From Bacteroidota bacterium (GTDB taxonomy: Bacteria > Bacteroidota > Bacteroidia > Palsa-965): a stretch of DNA of 64,000 bases. The notes below the pieces were generated by a model. The model saw only the letters and a program-made list of their open reading frames with translations, was not told where the DNA came from and made no database searches. Below, one piece after another: positions 57,047 to 64,000 of the stretch; the first letter of the stretch is position 1; every line of letters begins with the position of its first letter. The stretch is from contig JAJTEY010000003.1 of assembly GCA_021299855.1 (NCBI GenBank), positions 759 through 64,758 of the forward strand, given 5' to 3'. Position numbers and translations under genes: made by a program.

Positions 57047-58501
57047 TTACTGCAATAAATAACAACATGCTGTAATCAATGCAACACCGATCAAGTCAAT
57101 CCAGAAACCGGCTTTCATCATGTCGGTTGTTTTAATGCGCCTGCTGCCGAAGACTATGGTATTGGGAGCTGTTGCCACCGGAAGCATAAAGCCCAACGAT
57201 GCCGCCAATGTTGCAGGCACCAGTAGTATTAAAGCTGTAACACCAATTTGCGGAGCAAGCGCCAACAACACCGGAATCATCAACTGAATACTGGCTACGT
57301 TTGAAGCAAATTCACTGATTACGCAAATCAATGCTGCAAGTCCTGCAACCATTGCAATCAACGGCCATGATTCCATTGCGGAAAAGCCCGAAGCCATCCA
57401 CACACTTAATCCGGATTGTTCAAATCCAAACGCCAATGCAAATCCTCCACCAAACAATAAGATAATATCAAATGGTAAACGCTCTGCATCTTTCCAGGTC
57501 ATGATACTTTCTCCGTTGCGCGATGATGGAAATAAAAACAAGAAAATCGCAGCAGCAATGGCAACAGTTCCATCATCAACATATTTTGAATATTCTCCTA
57601 ACCAACCCGACCAACCCGACACGTGAATTTCACCTAAGTCAATATCGTTGCGTGTAAACCACAATAACGCCGTAACAGTAAATACACTTGCCACAACCTT
57701 CTCTTCTCTACTCCATTTGCCTAAAGCATTTAATTGTTGACGAAAGTAATCGTGTGAGACAACGTTTTGAACGGTTGAACTGCAAAACAAATTTCTCAGA
57801 ATAAAATAAGCAGCAGTTAATAATCCTAATGATATCGGCACTCCGACAAGCGCCCATTGTAAAAAGTTCATATCGGTGGCATCCGGAAATGCGCGTAAAT
57901 ATTCGCGGTAAAAAATCATATTTGTAGGTGTTCCCACTAACGTTGCCATTCCTCCGATATTCGCTGCAAACGCTAATCCCAGAAATAAACCGGCTGCTTG
58001 TTTATTTTTAGCGGTTGTGTCATTGGTATGCTCATCCATCTGCATAACTACCGCGCCCACCGCAGACATCAGCATCATCACAGTTGCTGTATTCGATATC
58101 CACATCGAAATTAGATATGCTGCCAGCATTACGCCCAACAGTACACGCGATGGTTTGGTGCCTACCGCGCTCAAAATCCGCAATGCAATACGTTTATGCA
58201 AATGCCACTTCTCAAGAGCAAAAGCGAGAATAAATCCGCCAATAAACAGAAATAGTATAGAATCCATGTACTGGCGTGCAACTTCTTTAGCCGGCGCAAT
58301 ACCCGATAAGGGCAGAAATACAATTGGAAGCAACGCGGTTACAGCCATAGGCACGGCTTCGGTCATCCACCAATACGCCATCCATACTCCTATTCCACCC
58401 ATTGCAATCAGCTCCCGTTGGCCGTCATTAATTGCACCGATCACGACAATCAGTGCGGCTAACATTGGTCCTATAATTCTATGAAGCTGCTGCGCTTTCA
58501 T
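57047..58501 (-). CDS. SLC13/DASS-family sodium-coupled anion (di/tricarboxylate or sulfate) symporter
   Basis: 484-aa polytopic protein with the duplicated hairpin motifs SNTAT and SNVAS typical of DASS transporters. Confidence 0.88.
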   Translation of the reverse strand: MKAQQLHRIIGPMLAALIVVIGAINDGQRELIAMGGIGVWMAYWWMTEAVPMAVTALLPIVFLPLSGIAPAKEVARQYMDSILFLFIGGFILAFALEKWHLHKRIALRILSAVGTKPSRVLLGVMLAAYLISMWISNTATVMMLMSAVGAVVMQMDEHTNDTTAKNKQAAGLFLGLAFAANIGGMATLVGTPTNMIFYREYLRAFPDATDMNFLQWALVGVPISLGLLTAAYFILRNLFCSSTVQNVVSHDYFRQQLNALGKWSREEKVVASVFTVTALLWFTRNDIDLGEIHVSGWSGWLGEYSKYVDDGTVAIAAAIFLFLFPSSRNGESIMTWKDAERLPFDIILLFGGGFALAFGFEQSGLSVWMASGFSAMESWPLIAMVAGLAALICVISEFASNVASIQLMIPVLLALAPQIGVTALILLVPATLAASLGFMLPVATAPNTIVFGSRRIKTTDMMKAGFWIDLIGVALITACCYLLQ

Positions 58502-58524
58502 TACTTTTGAAAAAAAATATAGTG

Positions 58525-58842
58525 ATGAACAAACTTACTAATCTTCTCGTCGCAACTACCATTCTTTTAGCGGCTTCGTCTTGTAAAGAAAAAAAAGCAA
58601 CTACTGCAACAGTAGACTATGCAGGTCAAGGCTATGTCAAAGCCATGATTATCGACTATGAACTTGACGGCTGTAAATACATGATACAACTGGAAGACAA
58701 GAAAAAACTAGAACCGGATTTTGTGAAATCCGACTTTCAAAAAGATTCACTCGCGGTTTGGGTTAAATACAAACATGATGATCGTCTAAGCATTTGTATG
58801 GCCGGAGAAACTGTGGTAGTAACCGATATGGTTAAACGTTAA
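58525..58842 (+). CDS. hypothetical small lipoprotein
   Basis: Lipobox LAASSC. Start moved to the ATG at 58525. TACTTTTG at 58502-58509 matches the -7 box. Confidence 0.5.
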   Translation: MNKLTNLLVATTILLAASSCKEKKATTATVDYAGQGYVKAMIIDYELDGCKYMIQLEDKKKLEPDFVKSDFQKDSLAVWVKYKHDDRLSICMAGETVVVTDMVKR

Positions 58843-58870
58843 TCATCACATGATGAAAGATCCGAAGTCG

Positions 58871-59818
58871 ATGCGTATCGTATTCATGGGTACGCCGGAA
58901 TTTGCCGTTGCCAGTTTGTCTGTATTGGTGCAGCATGAATATCAAGTCGTTGGAGTTATAACTGCTCCCGACAAACCAGCAGGACGAGGTCAACAAGTAC
59001 AAATGAGTGCGGTGAAACAATTTGCACTTGCTCACAACATTCTAGTGCTGCAACCGGAGAAGCTGAAGGACCCGGATTTTTTACAAGCGTTAAAAAACCT
59101 GAATGCCGATTTACAAATTGTAGTGGCTTTTCGGATGTTGCCCGAGGTCGTATGGAAAATGCCGCCATTAGGTACATTCAATCTGCATGGTTCGCTGTTA
59201 CCAAAATATCGTGGAGCTGCTCCTATTAATCGAGCCATCATGAATGGTGAAACAGAAACCGGAGTAACTACATTTTTCCTGCGACAGGAAATTGATACGG
59301 GTGCTATTATCTTCAGAGAGACAATTCCTATTGACCCTGATGAAACCGCAGGTGAACTGCATGATAAGATGATGATGATTGGAGCGCAGCTGGTAAGAAA
59401 GACTGTAGATTCGATTGCAATCGGAAATGTAAAAACATGGGACCAAGACTCGCTTATACATACCGATGAAGTGATTCCTGATGCACCAAAAATTTTTCGC
59501 GACGATTGTAAAATCAATTGGAAACTGCAGACAACACAAATTCACAATCACGTGCGCGGGCTTAGTCCTTATCCTGCAGCATGGACTACTCTAATGCGCG
59601 GTGAGCAAGCCTTACAGGTAAAAGTATATTCAACTGTTATTGCAGATACCGATTCGCACGCAATGATTGCCGCAGGAAAAGTAAGTGATGATTTAGTGGT
59701 GCAATGCGGTGTTGGTCGCATACGTATTACATCTTTGCAACCTGCGGGTAAGAAACGAATGAGTGCAGAAGAATTTTTGCGCGGATATAAATTGACATCA
59801 TCCGATTACTTTATATAA
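58871..59818 (+). CDS. fmt: methionyl-tRNA formyltransferase
   Basis: RIVFMGTPEFAV, the NLHGSLLPKYRGAAPI catalytic motif, and a C-terminal OB-like domain. Start set at MRIVFMG. Confidence 0.93.
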   Translation: MRIVFMGTPEFAVASLSVLVQHEYQVVGVITAPDKPAGRGQQVQMSAVKQFALAHNILVLQPEKLKDPDFLQALKNLNADLQIVVAFRMLPEVVWKMPPLGTFNLHGSLLPKYRGAAPINRAIMNGETETGVTTFFLRQEIDTGAIIFRETIPIDPDETAGELHDKMMMIGAQLVRKTVDSIAIGNVKTWDQDSLIHTDEVIPDAPKIFRDDCKINWKLQTTQIHNHVRGLSPYPAAWTTLMRGEQALQVKVYSTVIADTDSHAMIAAGKVSDDLVVQCGVGRIRITSLQPAGKKRMSAEEFLRGYKLTSSDYFI

Positions 59819-60016
59819 AGTCTGAAATACGCTTATACGGTACGTTTCAGGACTAGAGCAGTCGGAATCAGGCTTTATAAGCGAAATACAGGATTTCAAC
59901 CGCCTGAAAACCGCTAATAACGGGCTTTTCGGACGCAGTTATTAACAAAACACCCCATTTATCAACAAAAATGCAGTTTTGTGGGCTGTACCCCTTGACA
60001 AATGTGGGAATGCGTC

Positions 60017-60024
60017 TATTTTTG
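60017..60024 (+). promoter_or_regulatory. putative promoter for hup: -7 box TATTTTTG with a -33 TTG at 59995-59997
   Basis: Both elements are present with 19-nt spacing, the best full-consensus promoter in the window. Confidence 0.45.
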
Positions 60025-60069
60025 CTTCGTTCAGTAATTAATTCATTAACCAATTAAAAACAAACAACT

Positions 60070-60345
60070 ATGAACAAAGCAGAATTAATCGAAGCAATCG
60101 CTAACAACGCGAAGATCTCTAAGGCTGACGCTGGTCGTGCATTAGACGCTACTATGGAGTCAGTATCTAAGGCTCTTAAGAAGGGTGACAAAGTTAGCTT
60201 GGTTGGCTTCGGAACTTTCTCTGTAGCTAAGCGTGCTGCTCGTACCGGTCGTAACCCACAGACTGGTAAGACCATCAAAATCGCTGCTAAGAAAGTAGCA
60301 AAATTCAAAGCAGGTGCTGAGCTTGCTAAGACTGTAAACAAGTAA
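60070..60345 (+). CDS. hup: HU-family DNA-binding protein
   Basis: 91 aa. MNKAELI...GFGTFSV..RAAR.GRNPQTG..I.I. Confidence 0.93.
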   Translation: MNKAELIEAIANNAKISKADAGRALDATMESVSKALKKGDKVSLVGFGTFSVAKRAARTGRNPQTGKTIKIAAKKVAKFKAGAELAKTVNK

Positions 60346-60360
60346 TCTAAACTTGTTGCG

Positions 60361-60396
60361 AAAATCCCTTCACTTCACGGTGAAGGGATTTTTTAT
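60361..60396 (+). terminator. rho-independent terminator after hup
   Basis: ATCCCTTCAC-TTCACG-GTGAAGGGAT followed by TTTTTTATTT. Confidence 0.8.
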
Positions 60397-60445
60397 TTCC
60401 TAATACTAACGGACCATGCAGTCCAAACAATATCATCCATACAGC

Positions 60446-60453
60446 TATCTTTG
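60446..60453 (+). promoter_or_regulatory. putative -7 promoter box (TATCTTTG) 6 nt upstream of the prfC ATG
   Basis: Exact TAnnTTTG match. Confidence 0.4.
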
Positions 60454-60459
60454 CGCCCA

Positions 60460-62064
60460 ATGGATCTACAAGCAGAAATCAATAAACGCAAGACCTTCGC
60501 CATCATCTCTCACCCGGATGCCGGTAAAACTACACTCACAGAAAAGTTCCTTCTTTTTGGTGGTGCAATTCTTACTGCAGGTGCCGTAAAATCGAATAAG
60601 ATTAAAAAGACCGCCACATCCGATTTTATGGAAATCGAAAAACAGCGCGGTATCTCGGTTGCTACTTCCGTTATGGGATTTGAGTATAAGGGACGAAAAA
60701 TAAACATCCTCGATACTCCCGGCCACAAAGACTTTGCGGAAGATACATACCGCACGTTAACTGCAGTTGACAGCGTTATCCTGGTTATAGACTGTGTAAA
60801 AGGCGTGGAGGAACAGACAGAAAAACTCATGGGCGTGTGTCGTATGCGCAATATTCCCGTGATCATCTTCATCAATAAGATGGATCGTGAAGGAAAAGAT
60901 CCTTTTGATCTGTTGGATGAAGTGGAAGCTAAATTGAATATTAAAGTACATCCATTGAGCTGGCCGATTAGTCAGGGACAAACGTTTCAAGGTGTGTACA
61001 ATTTATACCATAAGAGTTTGAACTTATTCACTTCGAATAAAACAAAACTTTCAGATGACATTTTCAGTGTTGCAGATCTTAACGATCCTATTCTTGCTCA
61101 AAAATTAAAAGAAGAATATTTGAACAAGTTGAAAGAGGATGTTGAATTGGTGGACGGTGTGTACAGTCGCTTTGACGTAAAAAATTATTTGGACGGATCT
61201 ACCGCTCCCGTGTTCTTTGGTAGTGCCATCAACAACTTTGGTATTCAGGAATTGCTGGATACGTTTATTGAATTTGCGCCACCTCCTATCGACCGTGAAG
61301 CTACAGAGCGCATGGTACAAGCCACAGAGCCGAAGTTTTCAGGATTCGTATTTAAGATTCACGCTAACCTCGATCCTAACCATCGCGATCGCATTGCATT
61401 CTTGCGCATTTGTTCGGGAAGATTTGAGCGCAATAAATTTTATCAGCACACACGACTAAACAAACAACTTCGGTTTACAAGTCCGACCAGTTTCATGGCC
61501 AATGAAAAAAACATCATTGAAGAAGCTTATCCCGGCGATGTAATCGGATTGTACGATAGCGGAAATTTCAAAATCGGAGATACAATTACAGAAGGTGAAA
61601 CACTTCATTTCAGAGGTATTCCGAGCTTCTCTCCCGAAATATTCAAAGAACTGGTGAATAAAGACCCTTTGAAGAGTAAACAACTTGATAAAGGTATTAA
61701 TCAACTTACCGACGAAGGTGTTGCACAATTATTCACACAACAACCGGGTAATCGTAAAATTGTCGGTACTGTCGGTGATCTTCAATTTGAAGTATTACAA
61801 TTTCGTTTACAACACGAATACGGAGCATCCTGCGAATTCAGAATGGCTCCGTTTACAAAAGCGTGTTGGGTAACTTGTGATGATCCGGCGAAGTTGGCGA
61901 CATTCCTGGAACAAAAGGAACGCAGCATAGCATACGATAAAGACGGCGATCCTGTATTTCTCGCCGATAGCGATTGGGCCTTGAATATGGCTATGGAATA
62001 TTTTGGTGATATTAAATTTCATTTTACCTCCGAGCACAAAACTGCAACGGAACAAACAGCATAA
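60460..62064 (+). CDS. prfC: peptide chain release factor 3
   Basis: GTPase motifs [17 protein letters not shown] and NKMD, followed by the RF3 C-terminal domains. Start set at the ATG at 60460. Confidence 0.95.
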   Translation: MDLQAEINKRKTFAIISHPDAGKTTLTEKFLLFGGAILTAGAVKSNKIKKTATSDFMEIEKQRGISVATSVMGFEYKGRKINILDTPGHKDFAEDTYRTLTAVDSVILVIDCVKGVEEQTEKLMGVCRMRNIPVIIFINKMDREGKDPFDLLDEVEAKLNIKVHPLSWPISQGQTFQGVYNLYHKSLNLFTSNKTKLSDDIFSVADLNDPILAQKLKEEYLNKLKEDVELVDGVYSRFDVKNYLDGSTAPVFFGSAINNFGIQELLDTFIEFAPPPIDREATERMVQATEPKFSGFVFKIHANLDPNHRDRIAFLRICSGRFERNKFYQHTRLNKQLRFTSPTSFMANEKNIIEEAYPGDVIGLYDSGNFKIGDTITEGETLHFRGIPSFSPEIFKELVNKDPLKSKQLDKGINQLTDEGVAQLFTQQPGNRKIVGTVGDLQFEVLQFRLQHEYGASCEFRMAPFTKACWVTCDDPAKLATFLEQKERSIAYDKDGDPVFLADSDWALNMAMEYFGDIKFHFTSEHKTATEQTA

Positions 62065-62066
62065 CT

Positions 62067-63131
62067 ATGAGCAAAGCAGATAAAATAAAATCCTTTGATC
62101 CAAACAGTCCCGGAGACCCTAATGCTAATTTATTCGGACTGCCGTTTACCTGCGATGAAGCAGAAGTTGTTGTGATCCCTGTTCCGTGGGATGTTACGGT
62201 TTCATACAGCGATGGAACATCAGCAGGACCCGAAGCCATATTTGATGCATCCTTTCAAGTGGACTTGTATGAACCTACAATTCATAATGCCTGGAAGATT
62301 GGCATTGCGATGGACGAAATTCCTGAAGAATTGAAAGAACAAGGTGCCGAACTGCGTGAAGAAGCTAAAGCATACATTGACGCCTTTACTAATGGTATTG
62401 ATGTAGAGAATGATGCAACGTCACAAGCTATATTAAGTAAAGTGAATGCAGCTACCATCGAAATGAACGCGTGGGTGAAATCGAAAGCACTGCATTGGAT
62501 GAATAAAGGAAAACTGGTGATGCTGGTAGGTGGCGATCACAGTACTCCGATGGGGATGATTCAGGCTTTGCAAGAAAAATATCCTTCGTTCGGTATTTTG
62601 CAAATTGATGCTCATGCAGACTTACGCATCGCATATGAAGGATTTACGTATTCTCATGCCAGCATCATGTATAATGCATTGCAGGTTCCTGCAGTAATTA
62701 AGTTGGTACAGGTTGGTATTCGCGATTATTGTTTGCAGGAAGTTGAAATCATTCAATCGCAACCTGATCGAATTAAAACTTATTTCGATCGTGACTTGAA
62801 GGTTGAAAATTATCGCGGCAAAACATGGGCACAGCAAGTTGATGATATCATTACACAACTTCCGGAGCACGTGTACATCAGTTTTGATATCGATGGCTTA
62901 GATCCGAAATTGTGTCCACACACGGGAACACCTGTTGCAGGAGGATTTGAGTTTGAACAAGCTGCTTATTTGATTGAACAGGTCGCACGTTCAGGGAAGA
63001 AAATTATTGCTTGTGATTTGAATGAAGTAACACCCGGACCTGACGGTGATGAATGGGATGCAAACGTTGGTGCACGCATGTTATTCCGCATGTGCAACAT
63101 GATGGCATTATCCAATAATCGAGTATCATGA
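62067..63131 (+). CDS. ureohydrolase (arginase/agmatinase/formimidoylglutamase) family protein
   Basis: Mn-binding motifs GGDHS, DAHADL and SFDIDGLDP. The substrate cannot be assigned from sequence alone. Confidence 0.8.
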   Translation: MSKADKIKSFDPNSPGDPNANLFGLPFTCDEAEVVVIPVPWDVTVSYSDGTSAGPEAIFDASFQVDLYEPTIHNAWKIGIAMDEIPEELKEQGAELREEAKAYIDAFTNGIDVENDATSQAILSKVNAATIEMNAWVKSKALHWMNKGKLVMLVGGDHSTPMGMIQALQEKYPSFGILQIDAHADLRIAYEGFTYSHASIMYNALQVPAVIKLVQVGIRDYCLQEVEIIQSQPDRIKTYFDRDLKVENYRGKTWAQQVDDIITQLPEHVYISFDIDGLDPKLCPHTGTPVAGGFEFEQAAYLIEQVARSGKKIIACDLNEVTPGPDGDEWDANVGARMLFRMCNMMALSNNRVS

Positions 63132-63802
63132 GCGATACAAAAGAACGTTACGAATATCTGTGTCAGTTCATCAGCGAGTCGCGGAAGGAAAAATTCGAGC
63201 GGAATGTTCTCGAACGTACGCGGTATATTACGTTAGTTGTAGAAGACATTTATCAGGCTCATAATGCCAGTGCCGTATTGCGCAGTGTGGAGTGTATGGG
63301 CATTCAGGATGTACATGTAATTGAAAATCGGAACAAGTACACACCTAATCCCGATGTGGTAATGGGTGCAGACAAATGGCTGAATATTCATCGCTATAAC
63401 GGACACGAGAATAATACGATTGCATGTATCCGTGAATTGAAAAAACAAGGTTATCGCATTGTAGCAACAACACCGCATACTAAAGATTGTCTCATCGAAG
63501 ATCTACCAATTGAAAGCGGTAAGATAGCATTGGTGTTTGGTACCGAAATCGATGGTATATCGGAATTGGTAAAACAGGAAGCCGATGAGTTCGTAAAGAT
63601 TCCTATGGTGGGCTTTACGGAGAGTTACAACATCTCGGTATCGGCAGCTATCTGTTTATATGAACTTACCAAACGCATGAAGAAATCGAATGTTGCGTGG
63701 CGCTTAAGCGAACAGGAACAAGAGCAACTAAAACTCGACTGGGTGCGCGCTAGTGTTCAACGCCCGGATTTGCTGGAAAAAGAATTTGAAGCAAAGCAAT
63801 AA
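63128..63802 (+). CDS. trmH: SpoU/TrmH-family RNA 2'-O-methyltransferase (likely tRNA Gm18 methyltransferase)
   Basis: SPOUT motifs NASAVLRS, ALVFGTE..G and IPM.G...S.NISVSAA. It overlaps the upstream gene by 4 nt. Confidence 0.85.
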   Translation: MSDTKERYEYLCQFISESRKEKFERNVLERTRYITLVVEDIYQAHNASAVLRSVECMGIQDVHVIENRNKYTPNPDVVMGADKWLNIHRYNGHENNTIACIRELKKQGYRIVATTPHTKDCLIEDLPIESGKIALVFGTEIDGISELVKQEADEFVKIPMVGFTESYNISVSAAICLYELTKRMKKSNVAWRLSEQEQEQLKLDWVRASVQRPDLLEKEFEAKQ

Positions 63803-63939
63803 CAATTTTTCTATATTTGATCAGAAGCGATAGCGTAAGCAGGATCTGAACATGATCCGGAGTTGGAGAAGTGAATGCGAATTGCAATAACTAAACAGAA
63901 TTCAATCAGTAATCACCAATAACCAAACCTACATTACTT

Positions 63940-64000
63940 ATGGGACGCGGAGATAAAAAATCAAGAAAAGGTAAAATTCAAATGGGCTCTTACGGTGTAA
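63940..64000 (+). CDS. 30S ribosomal protein bTHX, 3' end outside the window
   Basis: MGRGDKKSRKGKIQMGSYGV... matches the very basic N-terminus of Bacteroidota THX peptides. The ORF runs off the window edge. Confidence 0.7.
   Translation, partial: MGRGDKKSRKGKIQMGSYGV

Noticed and set aside
58017-58484. Long ORFs in antisense or alternative frames: 58017-58484 (155 aa), 13178-13630 (150 aa), 3082-3519 (145 aa), 59032-59517 (161 aa) and 9700-10245 (181 aa).
   Set aside because: Each lies entirely within a well-supported gene on the opposite strand or in another frame (DASS transporter, GT4, ribBA, fmt, CPBP protein). Their translations are low-complexity or Arg/Ser/Cys-rich with no recognisable motifs. 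They are most simply shadow ORFs.
1-64000. Search for a mobile element, genomic island, defence system, toxin-antitoxin pair, tRNA or rRNA.
   Set aside because: I recognised no integrase, transposase, recombinase, phage, restriction or Cas-like proteins. I saw no tRNA-like T-arm sequences and no flanking direct repeats. Gene content and density look like core chromosome. I could not compute compositional skews, so subtle islands cannot be excluded.

Overview
This is a densely packed chromosomal segment from a Bacteroidota genome. The phylum call rests on two proteins with T9SS C-terminal sorting domains, recurrent TAnnTTTG '-7' promoter boxes, no Shine-Dalgarno sequences, a divergent tamB/tsaD pair, HU and ribosomal protein bTHX. 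I count about 58 protein genes. I recognised no rRNA, tRNA, CRISPR array, transposase, integrase or known defence system. Most of the window is housekeeping: sdaA, lpdA, ribBA, tamB, uvrA, rarA, rnz, pyrR-pyrB, recQ, rlmI, fmt, hup, prfC, trmH. It also holds a partial Wza/Wzc polysaccharide locus (10.6-19.9 kb). I did not find a clearly novel system. The observations most worth follow-up are listed here. (1) A four-gene envelope locus at 23.7-29.0 kb contains two paralogous beta-barrel proteins. One of them carries thrombospondin-type-3 Ca-binding repeats followed by three SPOR-like domains and an NSGN tandem repeat, where Bacteroidota OmpA-family proteins normally have an OmpA_C domain. (2) tsaD is broken by an internal out-of-frame deletion of about 30 codons. 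(3) A second frameshifted gene lies inside the SPOR locus. (4) A rhodanese / thioredoxin / exported rhodanese-thioredoxin fusion / DsrE-like cluster sits at 31.0-32.8 kb. (5) A translationally coupled lipoprotein / putative OM protein / T9SS beta-propeller operon sits at 35.4-39.7 kb. (6) Six genes have the -7 promoter box only 4-6 nt upstream of the ATG, which predicts leaderless mRNAs. (7) A nested 68-nt palindromic structure lies in the divergent VOC/ribBA intergenic region. All functional calls come from motif and family recognition by eye; no searches were run.
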